This document shows positions 69,966-84,588 of a stretch of 124,000 bases of DNA, piece by piece. Made by a program: the position numbers and the translations under genes. The notes below the pieces were generated by a model. It saw only the letters and a list, made by a program, of their open reading frames with translations. It was not told where the DNA came from and searched no databases. Source of the stretch: Octopus vulgaris (Eukaryota); NCBI GenBank assembly GCA_951406725.2, contig OX597825.1, positions 15,024,001 through 15,148,000 of the forward strand, given 5' to 3'. The first letter of the stretch is position 1. Every line of letters starts with the position of its first letter.

Positions 69966-70433
69966 GGTCCTCGAGATGCAAACCGCAAGACTAACCCCAG
70001 CTCTCAGTGTCAAGACAGACACGTGCTTAGTCTTACTGATTACATCGGGAATAAAATTTCAAATGTCTTGGTTCTGGCGCGCTGAGAGACTCCTGAAGCG
70101 AAGGGCTGCAGTGAATAATTCACTGCGGGTAGTGCTTACAACTAGGGAACATATTTATTTAAATATGTAAAAATTGAGGGAGATAAATTAATATTAATTT
70201 TAATATCAATTTAAAACCAGTAGTCCAGCATTCAAAAAATCTGAGGAGTCAGAGAAAATTCAAATATATGTGTATATTGGCAGAGCTGGCCTGCTAGGTA
70301 GCCGGCCAGAATGCTAGAAGAAGATCATCAACGATCAAACTACAAGGGAAATTCTCTAGAGGAAGAATTAAGCGAACACCAGAACCAGCTTTGGCGGGCA
70401 GGACATATGAAAAATTATATAAATAACAGACTT

Positions 70434-70511
70434 AAATGCATACCTCGGTTTCGGTCTTAACAAAAGAATTACTTGCATAATTCCAGTGTCCGTGACTTCA
70501 TCAGTACATTC
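70434..70511 (-). ncRNA. type-I minimal hammerhead ribozyme motif (unit 2)
   Basis: Same sequence as the unit-1 motif, 546 nt away. Confidence 0.7.
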
Positions 70512-71148
70512 GGTCCTCGAGATGCAAACCGCAAGACTAACCCCAGCTCTCAGTGTCGAGACAGTCACGTGCTTAGTCTTACTGATTACATCGGGAATAA
70601 AATTTCAAATGTCTTGGTTCTGGCGCACTGAGAGACTCCTGAAGCAAAGGGCTGCAGTGAATAATTCACTGCGGGTAGTGCTTACAACTAGGGAACGTAT
70701 TTATTTAAATATTTAAAAATTGAGGGAGATAAATTAATATTAATTTTAATATCAATTTAAAACCAGTAGTCCAGCATTCAAAAAATCTGAGGAGTCAGAG
70801 AAAATTCAAATATATGTGTATGTTGGGAGATATTGGCAGGAGTCTCTCAGCGCGCCAGAACCAAGACATTTGAAATTTTATTCCCGATGTAATCAGTAAG
70901 ACTAAGCACGTGTCTGTCTCGACACAGAGAGCTGGGGTTAGTCTTGCGGTTTGCATCTCGAGGACCGAATGTACCGAGGTATGCATTTAAGTCTGTTATT
71001 TATATAATTTTTCATATGTCCTGCCCGCCAAAGTTGGTTCTGGTGTTCGCTGAATTCTTCCTCTAGAGAATTTCCCTTGTAGTTTGATCGTTGATGATCT
71101 TCTTCTAGCATCCTGGCCAGCTACCTAGCAGGCCAGCCCTGGCAATAT

Positions 71149-71596
<448 letters not shown>

Positions 71597-71829
71597 TTTA
71601 TACACATAAGTTTTTCACTTTCAAATTTTTGTTCCTGTCGAATCTTATCCATTATTGTTGTGGATCTCTAATGCGCTGAATCTTCACCCTAGGTGTAGAT
71701 TCCTTGTGTATAATTAATATATAGTCTTTTTGACGATTTTTTTTTTCACGTTAGACCACTGGAAATGTAAATTTTGATTGAATATTTTAAATTTAATTAA
71801 ATTCCATTTCCCTTTCTGATATGATTAAG

Positions 71830-71893
<64 letters not shown>

Positions 71894-71996
71894 GCATACA
71901 TAACTATATAGATAGATAGATTAGATGTAATGAGAGAGAGGTGGGAATTGCGTGTGTGGGGGCATTTATGTAAGCACGTCGACATTCCCATGCCTA

Positions 71997-72823
71997 TGCC
72001 AGGGTCTGATCACTAAATATCAGGATTGTTGCCTTAGTAGTGAATCTAAAGCATTCAGAGTAAAGCCGCTTGGCAAAGATTTACTGCACTAACTTTTAAT
72101 GTTTCGAGCTCACATCCGCCGTTTACAATAGTGCTTGGAATGAAACTGTGTAGCGTCTGATCATTTCATTAACCATGTCAGAGAATGTTGTCATCATGAT
72201 ACCTGCTCAGAGGCCTACGCAAATTTGCAGAAAATCTATGGAGAGGAGTGCACGAGCCGCAGCCAAATGTACCAATGTTTCAAACATTTCCAAGATGGCC
72301 GAGAAATGTCGATATTGACAAACATTCTGCACGACACGCAACCAGCAGAACTGTGCGTGTAACCTTGAGGGGAAATCGTCGAATTACTACCCGTGTGTTA
72401 TCAGAGAATATGCAGATTAGTTACGGTTCAGTTCAGTCCATTACCATATCAATATGAGAGGTGTGTCTTCCAAGTTTGTGCCAAAACTGATTTCAGCTGA
72501 CCAGAAAAATACTAGGGTTTAAGTTGCAAAAAACCTCATTGATAGTGTCGAGAATCAGGAAAAAAAACTTTGAAAACATTACGTAGGCTTCTGAGTAGCT
72601 ATTACGTAGCATTTGGCAAAATTAGATGTAGATTCTCTACTCAACTTCCTCCCTCATGGTCAATTGGATGATCACACGCTACAGGCGTTCCTTTGAAATA
72701 CTGCTGTGCTTAGCGGAAGAAAGTTAGAACGTTAAAACTCAGGACAAATGTACAGCGGCTCTACCCTGCATGCTTTAGCGTCGTTATTATGTCAACATTC
72801 CGGATACTTATTGATCAGCAATG
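71997..72823 (+). mobile_element. internally deleted mariner with both TIRs
   Basis: TIRs agggtctgatcactaaatatcagga / tccggatacttattgatcagc; RGNRRITTRVLSENMQISYGSVQSI...VSSKFVPKLI (HTH plus WVPR-like motif). Confidence 0.85.
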
Positions 72824-72894
<71 letters not shown>

Positions 72895-73753
72895 GAGGTT
72901 GTAAGAGATGATGGTGTCATTGAGACCCAAGGGTGTCAGGTAATGCTGAATAAGTGCTATAGACAGACCATAGTTAAGTTCCAGATTCGGTAATATTGCG
73001 AATAAAGGGTTCAACGTTGGTTCTATATCAGCGTGTGTATATATGAATTTATATATGATTAATAATATTAATTAATAATGATATTATTAAATAATATTCT
73101 AGAATCAGCTGTAAGACCTTCTATCTATAAATGCTCTAATATCTATACAGCCTTGCTTTTTTTTCATCTCATTACACAAAAAAATTCATATATATATATA
73201 TATATACATATACTTATTACGTATCATCGAACCTTATTATGTTTCATTCCATTGAAACTACATTCATCTGACATAAAGATGGGATGTATATAGATTGAAC
73301 ACCTTTCATCATAGCGCTACTTGATCGGTGGTATCTGGAGGCTGTAATACTTCACGCTCTAAATTGGAACCGCGTCGAAATCTCGGTGTAGTTCTCTTAA
73401 AGTTACGACTCAGAAGTCAATAAAATATGTAACTGTCAAATATTGCTTTCTATATTTTCGACTTATGTCCGTGATACAAATCAATATTAACACGCAAGTT
73501 AAAGTGTCAGATTATATTTATTATTTCGAAGGTTATAGTGAAGAAACAATTTCTTCTATCTGTTATACGACTTTATGTCGCAATTGAAGAATGTTTGAGA
73601 GGAACGATTAATGAACAGTTGGAGAAGCATAAGATTTGCAACACGAACAATATGGAATTCGTTCGATATGCAAGAAATAGTATACAACAGATCTTACCCA
73701 AATCAAATCTGAACACTTCAAATGAATTGAATTGTAGATATAACATAATCAAA

Positions 73754-73990
73754 GGGCGGTGAGCTGGCAGAAACGTTAGCGCGTCGGGTGAAATACTTAG
73801 CGGTATTTCGTCGGCCGTTACGTTCTGAGTTCAAATTCTGCCGAGGTCGACTTTGCCTTTCATCCTTTCGGGGTCAATAAAATTAAGTACCAGTTACGCA
73901 CTGATGTAGATATAATCGACTTAATCTGTTTGTCTGTCCTTGTTTGTCCTCTCTCTGTTTAGCCCCCTGTGGGTAGGAAACAAATAGAAA
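73754..73990 (+). mobile_element. SINE family B, full length
   Basis: Head and tail both present; tagatataacata repeated on both flanks. Confidence 0.9.
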
Positions 73991-75301
73991 TAGATATAAC
74001 ATAGTGAAGTGAATTGACTCCACAGACATTAACCGAAATGAATCTATGAGACAGGCGTCCAAAGAACACTAGATGCGATCTGGCGTGCTTTTTGTGTCCT
74101 AGGAATATTACCAGTTTCTCGTTCAAAGTCCAATTATATATTATTTTGCAAGTGATGTTGTGCTATGTCGTTGAAAGACACCACATATGTGCAGCGCAAG
74201 ACACAGTCTTCATTGTTATAAATATGGGATACATATGTACTTACTTGTAATTGTGGCGACATTCACCCTGGGCGGGTTGAGTTGGTTTCTTTCACCACCC
74301 TCGAGGCATCTCGAACCATGGCGGTGGAAGAAGTTTCGTGGGAATATGTAGATTTCACAAGCGGTCCCCTACAATCCCGCATGTAAAGATATCCTGTTTG
74401 CCGCAGATTGTCCGCAGACGCAGGTACAGAACGACCGAGGAGCCGCCGGTTGCCGAAACAGACACTCCGAGGATCTTCACCAGAACCCCTTCTGCCGGGT
74501 TGTGGCCCTAATACCACTCGGTGTCAGACCAATCCGCCTTGGGTGGCCCTACCAGGAACCGAAGTTCCCGACGGCATAGCTCTGACACTACTAGTTGCCA
74601 GCGTCCGTACCACGGTGAGGAGGGTATGGACTTTGGGATACATATGTGAGCGCTCCATCGCAAACGAAAAGATGAAATGAGCCATGTTGTATACTGGGGT
74701 CAATATATTATAATACCTGCGTAAGCTACAAATGTTTACAAGCCAATGGGCATCACACTTAGTATGACAGATAAGTTGAGGATAGAGCCAAGAATTTTAG
74801 AAGAAAATTTACGAAGCACCATTAGTAATCTAATTCATTTGAATGCAACGTAATAAGTATATTTCGCTTTAGATATATATATGAAAAATACTTAACTAAT
74901 GCAGAAGTTCCGAAAAAGAATAACATTTATTCTGAATGATGTGACTTTTCAAGTGCAAAATATCAATTTAAATCTAGTGGAAATTGATTTTCATTTCTAT
75001 TTACCTAAGTTATTTCAGCTTTAAAGAGTACACGTCAATATATAGAGTTGCTATATAGATAAAGATGAAAGGGTAAGCTCACCCGTATAAATTTGAATGT
75101 AAACACAATGATACTCACCTGCACACTTGAATATGTGCATCTCTTAAAAATAAGAACGAACACACAGACACACACACACACACACACACGCGCATAAAAG
75201 ATGCAGCGACGGCTACAAAGTATTATACATACACGGGTATTCATAGTAGATCCATACATAAATATATGCATAAATACATGCATACACAAATACACATACA
75301 T

Positions 75302-75336
<35 letters not shown>

Positions 75337-75338
75337 CA

Positions 75339-75388
<50 letters not shown>

Positions 75389-77081
75389 TGTATATACATG
75401 AAAGCCTATATAATATGTCTACCTATGTATATATATATCTACGATATATGTATAATCTGAAATAATATAGATATTATATACATGCTATACTATTACATAA
75501 ATGTGTGTGTGTGAGTGTATGTGTATGTATGCATCTATATATGTATATAAGTATAATTGAGAGACGACGATATTCAAAAGGGTAAAATATAGTCACAAAA
75601 GAATTATTGTGCTGTGTGACTTGTAAATATGTTGAGAAAGAACACTATTGGTAAATATGCAAATAAATATCGAATTAAAATTTCAGTAGACATCACGTGA
75701 TGTTCCTTATATACACTGGAACCTTCAGCAGACAGAAGGAGAAACTATTAAGCTTATTTTTTATATTGTTGTTAGTTAGACCGTCTTAAATTTCACAGTG
75801 AATGACAAGGTATGATGTCGGTTCTAAAATGACCAAATGAAATGAGACAATGAGTAACCAATTGTATTTTGCTTTCGATCGCTTAAAGAATTTTATATTA
75901 ATCTTGGAAAAATGTTCCTACGTGATTCAAGAAATGGTGATATACCTGAATAATTCTACGAGTTTCAGAATATAACTTTTACATGAACGTTGAATAGCCT
76001 ATTCCATTATATTTGCCATAATACCTTAACAACATCGTAATATACAAATCCAGTTCACCTTATCCATCATTATATACTCCCTGCGATGAGAATATCAGTG
76101 TTCACTTCTCTAAACAAAATAAAAAGTCCAAATTTATTTTCAATCTAGATTTCAGTTCAGATCTGTCAATACCTATTTTTCCCGCCTGATTTACACTAAG
76201 CAGTCTAGTATTTATTTAGGACATACATAACTCACTGACTGAATAAAAAAAAACCCATACAATTTCATGTACTGTGCATAGTTTTTATTTCAACTTATAA
76301 GTCGTATCCTCTCATTCATTGACAAATTATAGTTTATTTAATTTAAATCAATCCATTTGATATTTAATCAAATAAAATTACATGGACAGGTTAATGTTTT
76401 TTCTCTCATTTTATAGATTCAAATTTAATTTAATGATGATGGTTTGATAAATTGGATTATGGATGTATGTGTAGAAGTAAGTGGAAGTAATATAACACAT
76501 TTAATAAAAGTTTAATTATTCCATAATGCACAGAAGGATGCATATGGTTTTTGTTATATTGGAACATATAACGTGATAAGTAGAAGTTTTGAAGAATATT
76601 AATTTTGTGTGGCGTATAGGCGAACATTCTAAATTTCCATACCGTACAATTTGTCGGAGAAATCGTTATGAATTTTCATAAAGCTCAAACGTATATAAAT
76701 AAATTAGAAGGAAGATGAAAAGGTCGATAAGATAGTTAAGAATTGTATGTAGTTAGAGAATGTAACAGCGGAAAAGACCCGATTAGTCATCTGTTTGTTA
76801 CTTCTTACATATACTGCGTGCTACCGATTTAAATATATTGTTTTACGAAGAAAGAATCGTGTGTCATAGAAACTGTTTCTACTAACAACAATTAACAAGA
76901 AACGTTGTTGTCTATATTTAAAATTTCATCTACAATCTATGGTAACCATTATTATCAAAAGTGTTATATTTGCGTTGTACATTTTAATCAATGAAAAACA
77001 AATTCTTCAATACCAAATGTCAACCCTAATCATATTTTGATTAGTATATATGGTTCACTTTGATATCGTTAACTATTTTCA

Positions 77082-77142
<61 letters not shown>

Positions 77143-77819
77143 CATATACATACATATATATATTTCCTAGGCATATACAAAAGGATATACAAAAGATATA
77201 CAAAATTATTCAGTAAAATGTAAATATTCTTATGTTAACATTGAAATATCTGAAAAAGTAAATATATGTAAGTGAAAACGTCTGCTTAAAATATATTTCT
77301 AGGCAATATGTTTCCAAGAGAACAGAAGGCAATGCCTCAAAGAGAGATCTCCAAACACATTAGAAATCGTTTCCAATCGTACATAATGAATAGCAGTCCA
77401 TGAGGCGCTAGGAAACACAAACATATGGATTGATAATTGAATACAGTACAATAGAAACTAAAACCATTACTCTGAGTTTCATACATTTTTATCTCTATAA
77501 AAAACGGTATGATAACAGGGAATATGTAGTTGAAAATATTGACCATCTGCGAGTTTAGGATGCTGTTATCAAAGAGAATGAAATATTTCAACAATGAAGA
77601 ATGTAACTCAACAATAGTTAACCGAAGTGCTTAAATTCTAACTGTAGCTTCTGTAAAAATGATTGCTATATGTACGGTGTGTAAAGAAAGAGTGAGTGTC
77701 CATGGCTGGTACAGCCCCCACCTAGAGCAGTGAGATGATCATTAGAAATCAAATCTAAACGAACAGGGGGTTACGATTGAATTTTCATAAATTCTATTAT
77801 ATAGCAAGGCAGCAAGATA

Positions 77820-78377
77820 TTGAGATGTCCGAAAAGTTCTTGCCGATTTTAAGAGGAAAATAAAAGGTCAATAAATACTTGCCATTACATTTTTAATCAA
77901 CTAATTATGAACCATTTTGAACATCTCCATCTTTCCTTCAACTTGAAAATACCCCCTTCCCAGAATCGAGGTGGTTTCATGGCAAATAATTAATCAAGGT
78001 ATCTTTTTACGTCATACAAGGAATTGAAATTTTTACCATTAAGACTATTCTGCAGAGACCCAAATAAGTGGAAATCCGAAGGAGCAATATCTGGTGAATA
78101 TGGAGGGTGGGGTAACACATCCCAGCCGAGCTGCAGCAATTTTTGTCTGATTCCCAAAGCATCAAGTGCCGAAAACGAACTTTCTTATCTTCCATTTTAA
78201 AGGGTTACAGAATGAACACAGGTTATAGGAACATAAACCTTCTTCCACGAAAAGATAGCTTAAAATGTGCTCTAAATGGAGGTGTGTTTAAATAATATCT
78301 TATGGACTGAACTATGTTCTAAAGTAAGTCGAAATGTAAGCTACTATAAATCGGCACGAACTTTCCGGACAATCCAA
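77820..78377 (-). mobile_element. non-autonomous mariner, second copy of the 22577-23136 family
   Basis: Same TIRs and the same MEDKKV.FRHLMLW/C-terminal fusion junction. Confidence 0.9.
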
Positions 78378-81300
78378 GAGAAACAAAAACGTAACTAAAC
78401 CAAAAGTGAGATTATTTATGGCTAACAATATTCTCGTATTTGCCACTAATGCTTCTAGAACTGCAGCGAATATTGAAGTTTCTATTTCAAATATTCACAT
78501 TTTCACCTATTGTAGAACTCTTTCTCTAGCTATAGAGTCGCACGGAAATATATTTTATATTTTATAGAATATAAAACTAGAAATTTGAAAGAACCTTTAT
78601 TTCTGAATAAAAAAAATAAATATATAAATGTAAATAGACATTCATGCTCAACTTTTCAAGCAAGACTGTTAGGTTTTATATTCTATTTAATATTATTTCA
78701 TTGAAAACATTCTTTTTATTCCTACGAGTTTAAAGAACATCTCTCTTGAATTCTCACAAGTCTTTATCAATAATGGACAATATCTTTCAAAAGGTAATCT
78801 ATAGATTTCTGATCAATAATTCTAACTTGAGTATCATTTTTGCTTCAAAAATAAACGTAATGTTTTCTGTAATATTATTTTTGTCATCGTTAGTACTTTC
78901 TTAGTTTTCAGAGAAAAACTTTATCCGAAACTACATTGACTGTTTTTTTTTTCTTTTCTTTCAATAATAACACAGGATTCAATACTAACGCATTTTAGTA
79001 ACTTTGAAATAGGTTTCTGCATATTGTTTGCCATTGTTGTTCCTGCTGCTTAACCTTTTTCTAGCCAAGTAAATGTCAGCTGTGTTCATGATTAAAGGAC
79101 TAAAGTATTTTTGAAATTTCATGAAATTCATAACAATTGAATTACAAAAATATATTGCGTTCCTCAACGTTTCTCGTTATTTTGTTTTTAAATTTTCATA
79201 TTCACTAATCTGTAAAGGAGGAGTAATGCCAGTGGCCATTTTCTAAACCCAACCTCTTATAACGAGGAGTTGGTGCACACAGAGACATTTGATGGACGCA
79301 ATGTTTATCTGGAATTGATGGAAGTAGTTATTATTGTTGCTGTTGTTATATTAATAATTTTTTAAAATTATTATTATTAATAGTAGTGACGATGTTATTA
79401 TTAGTATTGTTCTTGTGTTTCTTTGTGTGTCTGCATGACGCCCCTTCAAATTGCTCGTAATATTTGTTTTCACCACTTTATAAAAGCCTACGTTTAATTT
79501 TGTTTTCTTTCCGCACTTTTTTTCAGACCCGACTGGGTACCTGAGGAACTGTTTAGTTCCATGCTGTTCTTGCTCTTCTCGAGTAGAAGCAATGTTTCCT
79601 GAAACCTGAAGATTTTAAATTAAAACATTGGTTTATTAAATTAAATTTCATTATCGTTATTTATGTTGTTCTTAATTTTATTGTTGTTTATATATCGTCA
79701 GCAAGAGGAGTTACAAAAATATTCATAATAGAAGCAGCGACAGATAACTAGATGAGCGAATCAACTGCTCAACCTCAGAAATCATGCAAATGCTTCCTCT
79801 CGCTACCCGCTTTTATCCAATATGGCATTGGCTAGAATAAACGTAGTGAATACGTATGGTCGCGGTTACGACGGATGCATAGGCACCTGCTGAATAATCT
79901 CAGACCCCAAATTGTAAATGTAATGGCCGTCAGTGCATGTAGAAAAACATAGGCATAAGACTTAACATCGTTTTGCGGTGGCTACGAGTAAAACACATCT
80001 TCATGTTGACTGGGATAATGAAATGAAGTAGTGCTGCTCCAAACGAGCCTGAATTTTACCAACTGAATTGATTCAGAGGTGAAATTCGTGATGTTGGACC
80101 ACATTACCGAATAAGGGCGTGTCTTCTAGATAGTAGCCATCTCGGCCCAGCAGAGGAAGGGCAACGAGATGTATTTAGGCCTAAATATTTTACATTTGTA
80201 ATGCAGATTTCCTTCGGTAATCTTACGGCAATATCAACTTAAAACCTCTAGCTCTGAGAGGGGTAGGTAAGCGCTGATGGGAAAGAGGATCCTTAATAAT
80301 TGACACCTTCAAAGTAGCAAATGCAGATCTCATATTAATAATTACATCTCAAGTAAAACTTTTGCTTCAAAAATAAACGCTGTTCTTTGTTTAAGCCGGT
80401 ATACTTCATTTAAATCGCTAGTACCAGGTTGAATGTTTGGAATTTATAGTCACGGTTTTGTCATATTTCAGTAGACGACGGGAGAACTCTCAGATATTTC
80501 GCTGTCTAGCACATATGTAGAATATTTGAGTGATTAACATATTCAACTTTTATAGATTTACCATAACAGAATCACTCAAATATACAAATATTTCGTTTGA
80601 ATATATTGAAATAAAGATCTAACACTGTCGGTGAATTGAAAGAAGAGATTTCAAACTTAAAACGAAAGCAAAACTGCAGAATTATTCGTATAGTAATATT
80701 AATTTTAATTACATATTTGTATTTATGTCGATTGATTAATGATCAAAGATATTAGAGCTTACTACTAAGTGTTATTAAACAAAGAAGTTATCGCCTCCGT
80801 TTTCTTATGGAACAACGCCTGTGAGATATAATATTAGTAGTGAACTATTCACTTCGTAATATTATCTCCGAGGTTTATTTTATTGTTTGTTTCCTTTAGA
80901 CTATCTTGCAGTTAAAATAACATGAATTCTCTATTTGGCGTCGAAGTATTGTATATATTTTCAACAGAAAGTGTCACACAAAATGGTGAGATACGATAGA
81001 ATCAAGAACCGCTTCCACTTCAATTGCCAGAAATATTTTGAATATATAAATGAGTTTGCATTGAGATGCAGATCAAAGCTAACAGAATAATCTGATTCTT
81101 AATGAAAGACTTCGCTGAGTATTTCAAATATGATTACAATTTTCTTGCACATAATATTTAATGCTTCGAAAAGTCAAATTTTTACCCAATACATTTTATG
81201 GTTTCTAATAGATGCGATTACGATTTTCTCATATTCAATTTCCCATTGAACTCTATATGTCATCTTCCGATGAACACATCATCATTGCTAGAAAAGGAGG

Positions 81301-82044
81301 ACTTTGATCATAATACGAATTTTTCTCATTTTCTTATCTCCTCGGAAAATAGACACTTGCCTAAAATATTTTGTTGCATTTTCTACTCTCGTATTTTATA
81401 GTGTTTGACTATTGTATCTCTTGCTTTCGTAGTTTCTCTGCGTTTATTTAATCATTAAATTAAAAGTACGTGTCAGTAAATAAAGTATTTAAACGCTTAT
81501 AATGAAATAAATCATGTTTTAACAAATTAGAAAATGTGGGTCTACAATGTTTTCTACCAGTCCGGTAGTTGAAATAAACCTTAAACGAATGAGAAATTGT
81601 AATGAAATGATATAAACTATGGAATTGTATAATGAATCCTCGGATGTGACATTTCTCCACAATATACAGACGAAGTACAATGAATATAAAAGAAGTGACA
81701 TCTTCAAAAATGCTAAATCAAAAGACAATTTGAGCTTGCTGATCAAGAACACCTTCATATGTTCAAGTATATTTTACTGCAGCAAAACGACATTATTTTG
81801 TTTGCTAAATAGTTTGGCCCTATTGAAATACAAGTACAACTATTTTTTTGCCATCTGAGTTGACTAGAGCAACGGGATATAGCGTGTTTTGCTCAAGGAC
81901 ACAACGCGTCGAAGGAAATTGAACTCAAGACCTTACAATTGCGAGTGGAATGCCCTAACCACTAACCAACGTGCATTCACACATACTATATACACTAAAG
82001 CGAGTATGGAGACATTGACTGTTATTTCATTTTCATGAATGCAG

Positions 82045-82690
82045 TGATCTGGTTGAATCGTTAGCACGTCGGCCAAAATGCTTAGAAGTATTTCGTCTGT
82101 CTTTACGTTCTGATTTCAAATTCCGCCGCGGTCGACTATGCTTTCGTCCTTTTCGGGTCGATAAATTTAGTATCAGTTGCGTACTGCGGTTGCTCTAATC
82201 GTACTGCGGTTGCTCTAATTTCGGGTCTTGTTCCTAGAGTAGAAAAGAATATTTTTTCTCTCCAAAAATACATTTATATGCCATAGAAAAAAATTTGAAA
82301 ACTTATAATTTTTTTTTAAAGGAGGCGAGATGGCAGAAATGTTTAACGGTATTTCATCTGTCTTTACGATCTGAGTTCAAATTCCGCCGAGGTCGACTTT
82401 GCCTTTCATCCTTTCAGGGCCGGTATATTAAGTACCAGTTGCGTACTGGGGTCGATCTAATGGTTGGCCCGCTCCCCAAAATTTCGGGCCTTGTGCCTAG
82501 AGTAGAAAAGAATCCATAAAACGCCGGGCAAAATGCTCAGCAGCATTTCAACTTACACTGAGATTGAATTTGCCATTCATCCTTCTGGGTCGATAAAATA
82601 AGTACCTGTTGAGCATTTCCCTCGATGTAATCGACTTATCTTCTCCAATCCCACGCCGAAACTTCTGGCTTTGTACCAAAATTAGAGAGC
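82045..82690 (+). mobile_element. three successive diverged SINE B-type copies
   Basis: Repeated ttcaaattccgccg.ggtcgact..gc.ttt.atcc...gtcgataa cores at ~82110, ~82375 and ~82570. Confidence 0.8.
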
Positions 82691-83387
82691 AATATTTCTT
82701 TTGTTATCGAGTTAACAGCGAACTTTTCCTGTATTTCATATTTACAAATAGTCTGGAATAGATGAAAGTAAGAAAATTGTTAAATAAAAGAGTTCAATAT
82801 TTATAATAGAATACACTAAATGAAAAACCAGCTGCCTATTTTTGAGCAGATGTTCAAATTAGCGTTCAGTTTTCTAAGAATGTCCTAACTACATTATCTA
82901 TTTAAGAAGTGCTTTGCTATATTCGTATCTGAATATATATCATATAATTCTTATTTTCAGCAAATCAAAAATAGAAGTATACAATGAGGATTATTCTCAC
83001 AAACCTTAATTATTAGTACGATAATCACACATTCCATTCCAAGTACATTCAATGAACCGAAATTTACCATAAGCCTGGAGACGCAGATGTAAGGCTGATT
83101 CCAAGTAAAGGAGACCGAACGTATGGCTAGCAATTATTTAAATGAATTCTACAGACGCGGCTGAATAAATATATATTTCTTGTATTTCAGTTTATTGTAC
83201 GATTTAATGCGTAAATATACGTATGTCTATGTCTTTGTTGGAGTGCGCATGGGTGTGTTTAGATAGTACACAGTATATTAATATCCATGTTTTTCCTAGA
83301 AGAATAGCTGATCATGTACTCAAACCAATTCATATATATGAACAGTTACATTAGTACACAATTACATACATATACATAATATCTGCG

Positions 83388-83430
<43 letters not shown>

Positions 83431-83723
83431 TGAAAGATCAATTCCAGTACCACAGGAATGAGACATTCATATTTAAAATGTTAAATTGAATTACTTTCAA
83501 TAATTAATTCTTATATATCAAAATAGTGTTAGAGATAGAACCACCCACAACTTCATCAACTCCAAACGATATTATATTAACCAAGCTATAGAATATTAAA
83601 TATTATACTTATTATTTACATTCATAATCCCAAACTTTTTCCATATTACTGACTACACATGTTTCATGTGTACGTATGGTATTGTTAAGACACAATGTCT
83701 CATTCAAAAATTCATATATATAT

Positions 83724-83879
83724 GGAGTGGTTGTGTGGTAAGTAGCTTGCTAACCAACCTCATGGTTCCGGGTTCAGTCCCACTGCGTGGCACCTTGGGC
83801 AAGTGTCTTCTGTTATAGCCCCGGCCCGACCAATGCCTTGTGAGTGGATTTGGTAGACGGAAACTGAACGAAGCCTGTC

Positions 83880-83921
<42 letters not shown>

Positions 83922-84130
83922 TTGTGTGTCTGTGTTTGTTCCCCTAGCATTGCTTGACAACCGATGCTGGTGTGTTTACGTCCCCGTCACTTAGCGGTTC
84001 GGCAAAAAGAGACCGATAGAATAAGTACTGGGCTTACAAAGAATAAGTCCCGGGGTCGATTTGTTCGACTAAAGGCGGTGCTCCAGCATGGCCGCAGTCA
84101 AATGACTGAAACAAGTAAAAGAGTAAAGAG
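83724..84130 (+). mobile_element. SINE family C, full length
   Basis: gtgtggtaagtagcttgctaacc...actgaaacaagtaaaagagtaaagag. Confidence 0.92.
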
Positions 84131-84151
84131 TATATATATATATAATATATT

Positions 84152-84301
84152 TTCTTTTCTACTCCAGGTTCCAGGCCCGAAATTAGATCGACACTAGTAG
84201 GCAAGTGGTACTTAATTTACAGACCCTGAAAGGATAAAAAGCACAGTCGACCTCGGCGGAATTTGAACTCAGAACGAAAAGACAGATTAAATATCGCTAA
84301 G
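84152..84301 (-). mobile_element. SINE family B, partial
   Basis: gaccctgaaaggataaaaagcacagtcgacctcggcggaatttgaactc. Confidence 0.8.
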
Positions 84302-84431
84302 ACATCGTGCTTCTTATACAAGATGTGTTGCCTCCGAAATCAACTGAATATGTGAGCGAATAATAGCTAATATATTCGCATGAAACCGTTGATCAAGTCC
84401 TAAAGGTACTTCAATACACACGCAATACTCA

Positions 84432-84471
<40 letters not shown>

Positions 84472-84588
84472 AAAAGCAATAAAGATTCAAGTTAATTTAA
84501 AAGAATTTACTTGAATATGGTACCTAACTTAGATGCACCAAAAAAAACTATACTGATTTAACAATACAGTAATGTGGGGTGATTATAA

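Noticed and set aside
69940-70716. 76-aa ORFs repeated in the tandem units as a protein product
   Set aside because: They begin at alternative starts, show no recognisable domain and overlap the antisense ribozyme motif; they are conserved only because the units are recent copies.
79540-79620. CTGAGGA...GAAA as a hammerhead
   Set aside because: Helix II does not close next to GAAA and there is no NUH site with a helix I.
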